A stretch of DNA of 64,000 bases from Nitrospirota bacterium. GTDB lineage: Bacteria > Nitrospirota > UBA9217. The translations under genes were made by a program, and so were the position numbers. Shown here piece by piece: positions 50,570-61,195 of this stretch. Each line of letters opens with the position of its first letter. Within the stretch, counting starts at the first letter, position 1. Below the pieces are notes generated by a model. It saw only the letters and a program-made list of their open reading frames with translations. It was not told the DNA's origin and made no database searches. The stretch spans positions 1,888,001 through 1,952,000 of the forward strand of contig CAWCKW010000012.1 in assembly GCA_963796285.1 (NCBI GenBank), given 5' to 3'.

Positions 50570-52972
50570 TTAAGCAGCGCTCTTCCCCCAAAAATCGGAA
50601 ATTTCCTTCAAGATGCTCTCGGAAACAAGTTCGCTGACATCGGACTCGAACCAGTCGCCCGGCATGGAACGGGAATAACTTGATTGTACAAAACGGTTGT
50701 CCATCAGCACAATAAGGCCGCGGTCCTTCTCGGAGCGGATCACCCTCCCTGCTGCCTGGATCGCCTTGGCCATTGCGGGGATCACATAGGCATAGTCGAA
50801 CCCCGAATTGTATCGCTTCTGATAATATTTCCGCATCTGCTCACGCTCGAGATCGAAATTCGGCAGGGGCGGCCCGATCACGAACGCTCCGATGGCCATC
50901 TCACCCGGATAGTCCACTCCTTCAGAAAACATACCTCCCTGGACGCCAAAAAGGACCTTGGGAGGCGAGCCTTCACGAAGCTGCTCCAGAACGGCCTCGA
51001 CGCGGGGTGTTTTCATGTCCCGCTCCTGCTTGAGGACAATAAAACCATTTGACGGTTGAAACAAAGCAAGCACTCGTTCGAGGAATTCGAAGCTCGGAAA
51101 GAAGGCGAAATAATTACCCTGCCTCAAGGCTGTTATCCGCTCCATGGCATCGGCTATCTTCGAATAGCTGCGCTCGCGGTCGGAATACTTCGTCGAGATC
51201 TGCGGAATGATCAGGAGCTTGCGATGCTTCTTTGGAAAGGGGCTTTGAAATTCAGCCGTCATCACGGTTTTGGGATCGAGCCCGGATAATATTGCATAGT
51301 AATCAAAGGGCTTTAGCGTGGCCGAGAACCCGACCACCTGTCCGTACTCATCATAGCGATCCTTGAGCATGGGCGAGGCGTCGCAGCACGTGATCTTAAC
51401 AATGCCTCCGGTCGCATGCGGATGAAACGTCGTGAAGAATTCATCGGTATCAGGCTCTGCAACGTACTCGAGAGCTTCGACGAATGCGGACCAGTAAAAG
51501 CAAAGGCGCATGATCACGTCCCGGGGCTGGAGTTCCATGGGGGAGTCAAGGTAGCGCGAAAGGAATGCGCGGAGCTTCGAATCCTGCTCCAGGAACGAAT
51601 CGATGGGGGGAGTGATCTTCCGCGGTTTCATGCTGTGCTCATGCCTGCATGAGGCGACAACCTGAATGCAGGAACCGAGAAGCTCCTCGGCCTCGGCGCG
51701 GAAACGCGAAGGGACCGTGCGGATCTCGCCGCGCATTTGCTCAAACGCAAGGCTGGAGAGCGAGGGGGAATAGTAATCCATTGCGCGTGAGGGAAGATTA
51801 TGGGCCTCGTCGATCACGAGATTCGGTTTTCCTGTCTGATCGATGTTGATCATGGCCATGCGACCGAATGCAGAGCGCGGGGCGAAAACATAATTATAAT
51901 CGCAGATCACGATGTCGGCTTCCCCTGCCCCATCAAGCTGGAGCTCAAAGGGGCAGACCCGGTATTCTTCTCCCAGCTCGCGGAAGGTCCGTGCTTTGAG
52001 CTTCCTCTTCTTTGAGAGAACCTCGAGAAGCCCGTGTTCAGCGACCTTGGCGTAATAATCTTTGGCATATTCACAGAATTGGGGATCGCAGAGCGGTTCG
52101 TTCTGGAAGCAGATCTTGCTTTTGGCGGTAATGGTGAGAGACTTGATCTTCGCACCTCTGTCTTGAAAACGTTCCACCGCATCCTCGGCAACCAGGTGCT
52201 GGCTGTTCTTCGGCGTGACATAGACCACCCGCTGGCCGCGGGTGAGCGCTTCCTTGAGAACGGGATACAGAACGCCGACGGTCTTGCCGAGCCCGGTGGG
52301 GGCTTGAATGAGCATGGGTCTCTGCCGCTGCATCCCCTGTTCGACAGTCTGCATGAGCTCGATCTGGCCGGGCCGCGGGGTCTCGTAGGGGAAGGAGAAC
52401 CCTGCGGCAACCTTCCTGCGGCGGAGAACGCGCGTTTCGGATCTCTTCGCCTCCTCGACAAGTTCATCAAGGCGCAGGTCCAGCCATGCTTCGTACGCAG
52501 GGAGGTCCAGCGGCTGTTCAATGTTCAGGGACTCCCTGGTGCGGGTCGAGACGAGATGGAAGCTCAACAAGGGGACCATCTTGTGCTCGAGCCAGAAGAA
52601 GTAGCCATAGGTCGCGAGTTGAATGCAGTAGGGATGGTCCAGGGAAGTGTCCAGGAGCCGCCGTGCAAGGTCCCGGATATTGAAGCCGGTCTTGATCTCC
52701 TCGATCCTGGGCGGATCGTTCCTGAAGATCCCATCCATCCGTCCGTCGATACGGAACCGATATCCTTCCCTCTCGAACGATCGGCTGATCGCGATTTCGG
52801 CCTCGTAGGATTGATCGGCCCTGGCCCGCTTTCGCTGCACGCGGAGGTGAATCTCCTGCCCCTCGACAGCCGCCCGTCCAAACCCCGAATGGACCTCGAT
52901 GCTCCCGGTCCGGGGAACCGGCAATGCAAAATCGCGGATTGCGACAGGTATGAGCTTTAATTCAGGCGTCAT
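50570..52972 (-). CDS. Rad3/DinG-family Fe-S DNA helicase with N-terminal PD-(D/E)XK nuclease-like domain
   Basis: GQEIH…GRMDG…EEIKT…QLATY; APTGLGKT, C…C…C…CPF Fe-S ligands, DEAHNL, SATL, FFPSF, SEGVD, QAAGRVIRS, MDNRF. Confidence 0.9.
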   Translation of the reverse strand: MTPELKLIPVAIRDFALPVPRTGSIEVHSGFGRAAVEGQEIHLRVQRKRARADQSYEAEIAISRSFEREGYRFRIDGRMDGIFRNDPPRIEEIKTGFNIRDLARRLLDTSLDHPYCIQLATYGYFFWLEHKMVPLLSFHLVSTRTRESLNIEQPLDLPAYEAWLDLRLDELVEEAKRSETRVLRRRKVAAGFSFPYETPRPGQIELMQTVEQGMQRQRPMLIQAPTGLGKTVGVLYPVLKEALTRGQRVVYVTPKNSQHLVAEDAVERFQDRGAKIKSLTITAKSKICFQNEPLCDPQFCEYAKDYYAKVAEHGLLEVLSKKRKLKARTFRELGEEYRVCPFELQLDGAGEADIVICDYNYVFAPRSAFGRMAMINIDQTGKPNLVIDEAHNLPSRAMDYYSPSLSSLAFEQMRGEIRTVPSRFRAEAEELLGSCIQVVASCRHEHSMKPRKITPPIDSFLEQDSKLRAFLSRYLDSPMELQPRDVIMRLCFYWSAFVEALEYVAEPDTDEFFTTFHPHATGGIVKITCCDASPMLKDRYDEYGQVVGFSATLKPFDYYAILSGLDPKTVMTAEFQSPFPKKHRKLLIIPQISTKYSDRERSYSKIADAMERITALRQGNYFAFFPSFEFLERVLALFQPSNGFIVLKQERDMKTPRVEAVLEQLREGSPPKVLFGVQGGMFSEGVDYPGEMAIGAFVIGPPLPNFDLEREQMRKYYQKRYNSGFDYAYVIPAMAKAIQAAGRVIRSEKDRGLIVLMDNRFVQSSYSRSMPGDWFESDVSELVSESILKEISDFWGKSAA

Positions 52973-53051
52973 GCTTTTTCCAGTAAAAGGATCACCTAAG
53001 CGAATTGAGTGATCAGCAAGAGGTAGCATCGCACAATATGACAATCGTTGC

Positions 53052-53093
53052 AAACAAAAACCGGTTCAAAGAAAGGTCCCTTCTTTGAACCGG
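53052..53093 (-). terminator. Rho-independent terminator
   Basis: CCGGTTCAAAGAA/TTCTTTGAACCGG 13-bp stem followed by TTTTTGTTT on the minus strand. Confidence 0.7.
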
Positions 53094-53129
53094 CAATAAA
53101 CGACATCTGGATGAACGAACAAGTAACTA

Positions 53130-53280
53130 AGGGTAAGGGTGGAGTGGTCGGGCTTTGTCTTCGGGTTCTCGCGGCATGCCCGTCCGCAAGAACAGAGGGA
53201 GTCCTATCGGGTCATATCGAGACAGGCCAGTTGAAAAACACCGATTACATCACAGCAAGGAGCGGTAATCTAAAACTCGC
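53130..53280 (+). ncRNA. putative structured non-coding element (possible IS110-family non-coding end remnant)
   Basis: Nested stems 53151-63/53218-28, 53165-74/53184-93 and 53243-48/53265-70; no convincing ORF. Strand and identity are inferred. Confidence 0.3.
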
Positions 53281-53409
53281 TGTTTTGTATAAATGCGAGA
53301 TTATTCGCCGCGCTGGAAGACGGTATTAAACTTCTTCAACAATCTGTACACGCCTGACACGGTCCTTACTATCTAACCTCTGTCTATACCCCATGGTATA
53401 ACTGCCGTG

Positions 53410-54096
53410 TCAGAAGTAGGTGACTTGCAACAGAGGTGCAAGATCTCTTCGATTCGGTCCCGTGGTATCGGTGATTTCGATAAGCCCGGGAGAAACCGCC
53501 CCTAGATCCTCCATAATACGGACCTGGAAGTTGGCCAGACCCAAACGCTGTGCCTCCTGCATCATCGACGTCACATCAAGGGAAACGTGCTTACCGAAGT
53601 CGGCTTGGGAAATCGGAGGCGTGATCGTGGCGGTGACCAACGCCGGTTGGAGAGTCCGGTCAAAATCCGTCTCTACCAATGTTGGCGATTGAAGAGAAAC
53701 AAGTTCGATACGAATTGGAATCGTGCCGGCCAGCGGTTGCGGAGAGATGCTGTTTATTACTATATCGAGGATTGCCGATACAATAACGGCTTTACCCGGG
53801 ACACCACCCGCTCCTGTTAAGGGGAATTCCAGGAACGCGCGGTATTCCGCATTAGTGCCAGGATTTATGCCGGCAAACACACTCTGTACACTCGGATTCA
53901 TGCCCTGCGTTACCGTGAAAAGACTCGTGAGGGGATCTCGTACGATATAGCCGTCAAACGCGGGGTCACTGAGGATCGGTGCAACAATTTGATTAGGTGC
54001 TCTGACACCGTCGTCGCGATGGCCATCGCGATGGCCACAACCTATCAGGGTTAGACTTATGAACACCATTATTGCCGCCAGACATGTCCTTTTCAT
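53410..54096 (-). CDS. hypothetical lipoprotein
   Basis: MKR…LTLIGC lipobox; GGAGG RBS; beta-rich body (EYRAFLEFPL…APLLQVTYF). Confidence 0.75.
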   Translation of the reverse strand: MKRTCLAAIMVFISLTLIGCGHRDGHRDDGVRAPNQIVAPILSDPAFDGYIVRDPLTSLFTVTQGMNPSVQSVFAGINPGTNAEYRAFLEFPLTGAGGVPGKAVIVSAILDIVINSISPQPLAGTIPIRIELVSLQSPTLVETDFDRTLQPALVTATITPPISQADFGKHVSLDVTSMMQEAQRLGLANFQVRIMEDLGAVSPGLIEITDTTGPNRRDLAPLLQVTYF

Positions 54097-54328
54097 GGCT
54101 ACCTCCCGTCTTTGTTCATCGTATTATCAAGATTTACCACAAAGCACACAGAGAAGGAATTGAATATATCAAGAAGGCGCCTCGGTGACCTCCCTCCCAC
54201 TCTGTGCCCTTTTTATTACGAGCACTGTTCGTTATTTCTTGTCTTTTAAACCACGAGATCAGAGCATCTTATTGATAAATAAACTCAAGGTGTTTGGGTT
54301 TTCCCCAGACATTCCTCAGTGCTCTCTG

Positions 54329-54399
54329 CCTGCGCCCAGCGTTTATCAGTGTAACCGTAGCCTGCTCTTGCTAAAACGCGGCCATAAACGAGTGCAGGG
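54329..54399. mobile_element. MITE-like palindromic dispersed repeat, copy B
   Basis: CCTGCGCCCAGCGTTT…AAACGAGTGCAGGG between TG dinucleotides, inside CTCAGTGCTCTCTG^TGGTT; shorter version of 17563..17664. Confidence 0.65.
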
Positions 54400-54474
54400 T
54401 GTGGTTTCATTTTTTTGCCCCTCTTTTTTGTAACTACTCAGGTCGCCCGCCGCTCAAGGGCGCCTCTAGGGGTG

Positions 54475-55395
54475 TTATCTTCTCTCCCCAGACGGTGTTC
54501 TTGCGCCACCAGCGGGCTGGCGGCTTTTCCTGCTGCCGCGGGAAGGTGGCGGAGACGTTTTCCTTCCCCGTGTCATTGCCCGCTCACGGGATCCCCTGAA
54601 TATAGTATTGTTCCATCCTCGAACTCCGGGGGAAATGAAGCGTCTTGCATCGTGTGGTACACCTATGCCTGCAAAGGTCCTTCCATTGAATCGCCTCAAG
54701 GGATCGACTCGAACAATCCTGTTTGTGTGGTGATCCACGAAATGATTGGAGATGACCTCCACCCTATTATGAACATGGACAACCCTGTGGAAATCACCCA
54801 GGATGTAGAAACCAGGAAACCAGAAATTCCACCCCCAGAAGGGATAGGGCACCCAGACATATAAATAGGTGTAATCCGGAGGAGGGGGGTAGTAGGTCAC
54901 AGTCGGCGGGCCTTGGTCTGAGTAATAGTCGTTTATCACGGTAGTATCCGGAGCAGTGACATTACCTGGAGCATTCTGGGCTGTCTGTCCAGGAGTACCC
55001 TCCCTGACGGCCAAGTTAATCTCGGCCATAACATCCTGAAATGCCTTCAACGCTTCACCTTTCCCCATTTTCAAGCTTTTGGATTCAGATGCGACGCTTA
55101 TTGACTGCGTCAACTCTCCGACAACGTCAGGCGTAACCGGGTAATCGGCAATCCACCCGTTCCGGGGCGTGACACCGGCATTCCCGAGCAAGCTCTCTGC
55201 TTCAGCCTCGCTGGTAGCCTTTCCCAGTTTAAGAGCATCAACAAGTTTGACTGCTAAATCTCCCTCCCTGACCAATGGCTGAGCAATTGGAGCTTGTTCT
55301 CCTCCTATCACCTGCTCAGATTGCGCATGGATGCCTACAGGCATTAAAACCAGGACACACCATGCCACAGACGCTATAATAAACGATCTTTTCAT
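54475..55395 (-). CDS. hypothetical secreted protein with Pro/Tyr/Trp-rich and Arg-rich tail
   Basis: Signal peptide ending IHA-Q; PRNGWIADYPVTPD; YYPPPPDY…WVPYPFW; AAGGAG RBS. Confidence 0.7.
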   Translation of the reverse strand: MKRSFIIASVAWCVLVLMPVGIHAQSEQVIGGEQAPIAQPLVREGDLAVKLVDALKLGKATSEAEAESLLGNAGVTPRNGWIADYPVTPDVVGELTQSISVASESKSLKMGKGEALKAFQDVMAEINLAVREGTPGQTAQNAPGNVTAPDTTVINDYYSDQGPPTVTYYPPPPDYTYLYVWVPYPFWGWNFWFPGFYILGDFHRVVHVHNRVEVISNHFVDHHTNRIVRVDPLRRFNGRTFAGIGVPHDARRFISPGVRGWNNTIFRGSRERAMTRGRKTSPPPSRGSRKSRQPAGGARTPSGERR

Positions 55396-55658
55396 GGTTT
55401 GTTACTCCCTTCATTTTTCGCCAAAGAGCTATCCAGATCTCTGTCTAGATATATTGTAACCTAAATCCGGCTGAATTTCTCCTATGACATTGAATGCCTG
55501 ATTTAAGAAGATGCTAAAACCGTGATGCGGTATTCAGGTATCCAACAGATACAGAATGTTACCCGATATGTTTCAAAGAAATGCCCTTTAAACAACTTCA
55601 AGAACAGGTCCAGGACCTCCAGGCGATTCATTGTTGTAGCTACGCGAAGCATTCAATT

Positions 55659-56658
55659 CTACTTTGATCGAAGGTATTCAATAGCATGCTTCGCCCATGT
55701 GCTGTCTTGAAGGATGGCTCTTCCCACACCGATCAGGTCTGCCTTCTTCTCCACCAGGAATTTCTCTGCCGATTCAACTTCGGTAACCCCGCCCGTAAGG
55801 ATCACGGGAATGGAAACAGCGCTCTTGATGGCCTCGCTGAGGGGAGCAAAATAACCTTGCCCAATGAGGCCGGGAGGAGTATATCCGACAAACCCGCCTG
55901 AAATGTGAATAATATCCACGCCTTCCTTTTCAAATGCCCGGGCGGCAATCTTGCTGTCTTCAATCGTCGTTCCGCCTTCTGTATAATCCGAAGCCCCTAA
56001 CCGTACCTGAATGGGAAAATTCGGCCCGACTGCCGAACGTATTGCCTGGATCACCTGCAGGTGAATGCGAATACGATTTGAAATTGCTCCACCGTATTCG
56101 TCTGTTCGTCTTGTTAGTCAGGGGAGACAAAAACTGGTTGAGAAGGTAACCATGAGCGGAATGTATTTCCACGGCGTCAAAACCTGCTTCCCTGACGCGG
56201 CGGCCGGCGTCTTTAAACGCATTCACAATATCGCCGATCCCCTTCCGGGTGATCTCGCGGGGCATGTCACCGCGCCTCGGGTTCGCTGTTGCTGAAGGAG
56301 CCAGGGGTGTCGTTCCCGTGACCTCTTTTAGCGCTGCGCTTCCGGCGTGGTTGATCTGCATCGCGGCCTTTGATCCGTTTCGGTGAATGACATCCGCTAA
56401 TTTCCGCAGACCGGGGATCACCGAGTCGTCGGAAACGGAAAGCTGATTGTCGCTTGCTTTTCCTTCCCGGGTTATGTAGCTGTGCTCGATGATGATCAAT
56501 GAAATATAGCCGCCACGGGATTTTTCCTCGTAGTAGTCGAGAAGCGCCTGACTTACTGTTCCGTCAGGCTCGGCTTTTGCCGTAGCCATCGGCGGCATTA
56601 CCAGCCGGTTGGCTAAGTTCATTGATCGCACTATTAACGGTTTGAGGAGATAGGTCAT
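55659..56658 (-). CDS. NADH:flavin oxidoreductase (Old Yellow Enzyme family), frameshift near 56110
   Basis: NRLVMPPM, QINHAG, GFDAVEIHSAHGYLLNQFLSP; removing one base gives TNKRTDEYGG…NRIRI…IGVGR. Confidence 0.9.
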
Positions 56659-56757
56659 GGATTGATCAGCTTTTTTAAATAGAACCGCTACCTTTCTATT
56701 GGAAGTCTTTATTCAGGCTCCTTCTGATTCACTATCGTACACCAGAAAAAGGACTTG

Positions 56758-57729
56758 TCATTCCTTGACCGGGGTCCAGGTCTTATCAGGATCGTACGTG
56801 TCTACGGACTGCTCCATCTTCAGAGTGTCCGGTCCGAGGTTCTTTTGGTACACCTTGCCTTGCTGATTGATGATAAAGGTCATTACTCCCGACTTCCCCC
56901 AGTTTGAGGGAAATGCAACCAGGGCAAAGCCTCCGACCATGTTGCCATTGATAATATAATTGTATTTGCCCCCTGGCGCATTCTTCCCCTGTCTTGTCAG
57001 TGTCTTGAAATAGTAGCCATGAAACGGGATCGGCTGTTCCTTGAAGAGAGATTTTTCCTTCTTATAACCCGCCATCCTGGCCTGTGCCACGAGTTCACCC
57101 AGAGGGCTTGCCGGTTCACCCGGCTCGTGTCGCCAGAAGAGACCGTTCTTCTTGCCGGGATCACTCCGGAGTTTCTGTGCATACGCGAGTATCCCGTCAC
57201 CATCCCAGTCCTGCAGTACATACTCACGCTGAGCCTTGACATAGGTGCGGCAGACCAGTATGGCAGTGAGCTCATCTTCACCTATCCTGCGGTTCAGGAT
57301 CTCTTCCTTGCCGGCTTCGGTGTCAAAGTGCCATTGGCCATTCGTTTTTACCAGGGGGATCGGAAATGGCCAGTTCTCATTGCCGATGGAAATGATCACC
57401 TTTGAATCATTCTCTTTCACAAGGCTGGTTTTTTCCGCTACGTGCCTGGAAAATTCTTCTGATTCCGCTGCGTCCTGTACCGCATCACCGGAGAGAAGGT
57501 CTTTTGAGGATGGCCCGAATATCTGATCGAGCGCGGCCTTATCGTGTATCTTGACGGCCTCAACGAGTCCCTTCAAGGCATCCTCAGGAGTGGAAAATAG
57601 TTTTTGCGATGGTGCCGCCATGATCGGCATGCTCCAGGCAACGATAAACGCTGCACAGACAAAAAGCGCAGCAATAAAAACCATACCCCGCGATGAACGA
57701 AAGAGATATTTCTGTCGCCTTGTCTCCAT
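56758..57729 (-). CDS. DUF2950 family exported protein
   Basis: FSTPEDA, WPFPIPL, RRIGEDEL, YAQKLRS.PGK..GLFW, PFHGYYFK, GFALVA.P..WG.SGVMTF. Confidence 0.9.
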   Translation of the reverse strand: METRRQKYLFRSSRGMVFIAALFVCAAFIVAWSMPIMAAPSQKLFSTPEDALKGLVEAVKIHDKAALDQIFGPSSKDLLSGDAVQDAAESEEFSRHVAEKTSLVKENDSKVIISIGNENWPFPIPLVKTNGQWHFDTEAGKEEILNRRIGEDELTAILVCRTYVKAQREYVLQDWDGDGILAYAQKLRSDPGKKNGLFWRHEPGEPASPLGELVAQARMAGYKKEKSLFKEQPIPFHGYYFKTLTRQGKNAPGGKYNYIINGNMVGGFALVAFPSNWGKSGVMTFIINQQGKVYQKNLGPDTLKMEQSVDTYDPDKTWTPVKE

Positions 57730-57797
57730 AGATTCCTTCCTTTCTTAATTCAATGTATTCCGCGTGATGGAAACGAGTTGATGCAAACCCGTTGTTG

Positions 57798-59110
57798 CTA
57801 CCGGCGTTGCCTGCCGCCGGAGTCATCCTTGCGTGCAGGGACACTGCCTCGACGCACCGGGGGCTGCGCGGCTGGCCGTGCCTGTTCGCTGCTTTGACGG
57901 CTGGCCTGGCCACGAAGGCCCTGCGTCTTCGCTTCGCCGGCTCCGCGGTAACCGCCAAAGGTAACTGAGGGAGTCTTTGCGGGCTGCTGGATCGCTGGCG
58001 CAGAACCGGGCTGATTCGAACTACCGCTGCCCACCTGTGGTGAAAAGGGTCTCACCTGCTGGCCGCTGCCTGGAGCTGGAATAGTCGGCCGTTGACTGAC
58101 ATTCGGGGTCGGCATGGTTCGTCGCTCGCTGGTACTTGGAGCCGATGGTGCGGGCTGTTGACTGACTGTTCCACGGCTTTCCCGTCCGCGATTGCTGAAT
58201 GCGCGGGTGTCCCGTCCGCGGCCGTATATCCCACCGGCCGGCCTGGGCTGTATCGCAGTGCTCCCCCTGGCCTCACCCACGCGTGCATACCTGTCGGCGT
58301 TCGGTCCGCTGGGTCGTGATGCCAGGTACCTGGCGGGGTCACCGTGTGATCTATCATGCCTCCATATCCGATTTATTGAAGGCCTGCTTCTGTTGATATA
58401 AACATTCGTTATGTGAACATATGGCCTTGCATGATTGACCCAGCCTGGGCGGTTCCAGCCATGATAGATCACGTGGTGGCGACCCCAGTCAACGTCCATG
58501 CTCAACCAGCCCCCGATCGCCAGGCCAAAGCCAAAAGTGAAAGAATGGCGTAAGCTTGGACATATACAACGGAAGTGTCATATTGAGGGACGTATATATA
58601 CTGGGGTTGAGCTGGAACGATCAGGATGTAGTCTCCTTCGACAATGACGCTTTGTTCAGCGTTACTGACCAGACTCCCGACGGCCCTCGCCTGCCGCCTG
58701 AGCCGCTGGATCGAATTGGTCACCTCTTCCGGCTGGTTGATAAAGGCATCTCCCAGGTTGGCAGTCCAATCCATATTCCCGGCCATCATTTGAAGAATGT
58801 CAGGATAGTGGGCAATTGCCCTGACGGACTCGGCCCAAACCTGCTCGTCAATACGCGACAAATCCCCTCCGCTGTTGAGCCACGCGTCCGCATCGGCTAC
58901 CTCTGTCGGATACGTAGAAGCCGGCAGAATCTGGGCCAGCAGAGGGTCCGGGTAGAGCGCGATAGGGGCGAGAAGATCGTCAAGCTCCTGGTCCGTAAAG
59001 GATACTGAGTATGTCAGGTCCGCGTCTTCCGCCCAGGCGGGAACGGGCAGGAGGGCTGAAAGGCAAACGATACAGACAAGCAGAAAGCCTTTTAATAAGG
59101 TCCTCTTCAT
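57798..59110 (-). CDS. DUF3300 family exported protein, frameshifted near 58545
   Basis: LDDLLAPIALYPDPLLAQILPASTYP, WTANLGDAF, IQRLR, IYVPQYD; continues FGFGLAIGGWL into a low-complexity tail. Confidence 0.85.
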
Positions 59111-59374
59111 GAGCGCGGCTCCTTCCTCTCTCTTCCGTGGGGTTACTGGTAGACACCGGATGATCGCCAATACCTGCTTTCGTTTCTGCTTCATGAAGCG
59201 CGTTCGTAACAAATAAGATTAAATCCAGGCTATCCCCGATCCGTTATATTTGGACTGAGTTCATAACCCCCAATAGTTCAGTATAAGTTAGACACGATTC
59301 AGCGTGAATAGTTGCACTATTTTCATCCTTGCTATAAAAAGGTCAAGAGAACCGGTCGTGTTGATTTTAGAATA

Positions 59375-59944
59375 TTAGCCAGATCTCTTATACTTCTTTC
59401 CCTCACTCCAGCATTTTCCCACTGCCTGCCCAAGGGACCAGTACATCATGCTGCTCCTGTCAAAGAGCAGCGGTTTGACCTTTGCAAGGTCCACCTTGCC
59501 ATCCGTGAGTACCGAGTCATCGGCATAGGTGGACACGATCTCGCCGATGAACAGATCGTGGGTCCTGGTCTCATAGGTATCATGGAGCCTGCACTCCATG
59601 GAGAGCGGACAGTCCCGGATAAGCGGGGCGGTCTTCAACTCTCCGAAGAACGTCTCAAAGACATCTGACTTATCGATCTTACTGCCCGAGACCAGACCGA
59701 CATAATCCATCTCCACCATCCGGTCCTGCGACAGGATGTTCACGCTGAACGTCTTGTTCTCCCTGATGCCTGCGTTGGTGTAGTGGACCTTCCCCATGCC
59801 AATCGAAATGAGATGGGGTGCTGCGGCGTTCAGGATCCCGACGTGGGCGACGTTCAGAAAATTCACCTTCCCGTTGACCAGCGCACCGACGATTGTCACC
59901 AGCGTGGGATAGAGCACATTCCGGTTCCCGATCTTCATTTTCAT
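59375..59944 (-). CDS. flavin reductase-like (flavoredoxin) protein
   Basis: YPTLVTIVG, HYTNAGI…FSVN, GLVSG, APLI…MEC, HDLFIGEI. Confidence 0.9.
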   Translation of the reverse strand: MKMKIGNRNVLYPTLVTIVGALVNGKVNFLNVAHVGILNAAAPHLISIGMGKVHYTNAGIRENKTFSVNILSQDRMVEMDYVGLVSGSKIDKSDVFETFFGELKTAPLIRDCPLSMECRLHDTYETRTHDLFIGEIVSTYADDSVLTDGKVDLAKVKPLLFDRSSMMYWSLGQAVGKCWSEGKKYKRSG

Positions 59945-59965
59945 GTGTTACCCCGCTTCATGCTG

Positions 59966-60517
59966 TCAATCATAATGTATCAGCATTGCTTCCTTGATCT
60001 TCTGCGCCTTCTCTTTGCTCACCAGCCGCTCAACGATTGCGAGGCCGAAGGTGAGTGCCGTGCCTGCCCCCCTGCTGGTCAGCACATTCCCGTCCGTCAC
60101 GACGGACTTTTCTTCATAGAGCGCCCCGCCGAGACTTGCCTTGTAGGAAGGGTACGAAGTAGCATGCTTGCCCTGGAGCACGCCCGCGCCCGCGAGCACA
60201 ATGGGCGCAGCGCAGATAGCGCCCGTCAGTTTCCCTTTCCGCGAGAAGCCTTTGATCAGCTCCTTTACACGCGGGTCCGCGTTCAGGTTGTCCGTGCCCG
60301 GCTGGCCTCCCGGCAGCACGATCATGTCGAAATCATCGACTCTCACCGTATCGAGGGTCGTGTCGGGTATGATCTTCACCTTCCGGGCGCTCGTGATATG
60401 CCCGTCGTGCAGTCCCGCGACCACCGTGTCAATCTCTGCACGTCTTAGAACATCGATAATGGCGATGGCCTCCACTTCCTCGAAACCGTCCGCAAGTATG
60501 ACCGCTACTCTCGGCAT
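59966..60517 (-). CDS. DJ-1/PfpI (YajL/ThiJ-like) protein
   Basis: ADGFEEVEA, DVLRRA, LPGG.PG, AICAAP, TSRGAGTA; AAGGAGG RBS. Confidence 0.93.
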   Translation of the reverse strand: MPRVAVILADGFEEVEAIAIIDVLRRAEIDTVVAGLHDGHITSARKVKIIPDTTLDTVRVDDFDMIVLPGGQPGTDNLNADPRVKELIKGFSRKGKLTGAICAAPIVLAGAGVLQGKHATSYPSYKASLGGALYEEKSVVTDGNVLTSRGAGTALTFGLAIVERLVSKEKAQKIKEAMLIHYD

Positions 60518-60670
60518 AGACACCTCCTTACACTCGGTGGAAAAGCTAGTCGCATGAGGCAATAATTTATCGCTTTTTTCACGTTTCATTAACTCTTGAA
60601 CTGTATCACGATAAAGAAGCAGGCATACCGTGAAAAGCACCGGATATAAGATCTCTGCGGAATTATCGAT

Positions 60671-60706
60671 AAAAAAGGACGGAGGAAACTTCGGATCCCT
60701 CCGTCC
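60671..60706 (-). terminator. Rho-independent terminator of the Spy/CpxP-like gene
   Basis: GGACGGAGG/CCTCCGTCC stem followed by TTTTTT on the minus strand. Confidence 0.7.
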
Positions 60707-60736
60707 GGAAACAGGCACCGCAACATCGCAGACTGC

Positions 60737-61195
60737 TTAGTAACCTGAGTGTCCCTTCTCCTGTTGCGTTTCAGATGGTCGTTTATCAGACATGTGTTTT
60801 TCTATCATCACTACTAGTTTCTCTCTCTGCTCCGGCGTGAGCATATCATGGATCTCCGTAAATTTTGCGGCGACGAACTGCATCATATCAGTGGCCTGTG
60901 TCTGGTTCTTCTCAACCAGGGCGTTCAGCCGAGTTTTATCGATTTCTGCGCTCCTCATCAGCTCATTCGCTTCTCTTACGGTCTCTTCCCGCATCTTGAT
61001 CATGCCCGGTCGCCTGGTCAGGAATTCGTCCTTGATCTTCTCGAACTGAGCCTTTTGGCTGTCATCTAATTTTAGCTCCGACGCCAGGTACTTCACCATG
61101 TGCTCAGCCCGCTGCTCTGGAGTCCGGGTACAACCGCCCAAGATCAGCATTGCAATGGTCGCCACCGTAATGATTATGAATTTTTTGTTTTTCAT
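60737..61195 (-). CDS. Spy/CpxP-family periplasmic chaperone-like lipoprotein
   Basis: LGGC lipobox; LKLDDSQ and LTPEQREKL (LTxxQ) motifs. Confidence 0.85.
   Translation of the reverse strand: MKNKKFIIITVATIAMLILGGCTRTPEQRAEHMVKYLASELKLDDSQKAQFEKIKDEFLTRRPGMIKMREETVREANELMRSAEIDKTRLNALVEKNQTQATDMMQFVAAKFTEIHDMLTPEQREKLVVMIEKHMSDKRPSETQQEKGHSGY

Noticed and set aside
50570-52972. Cas4/CasDinG or defence helicase
   Set aside because: No cas genes, array or defence neighbours; it fits the stand-alone nuclease-Rad3 repair helicase type.
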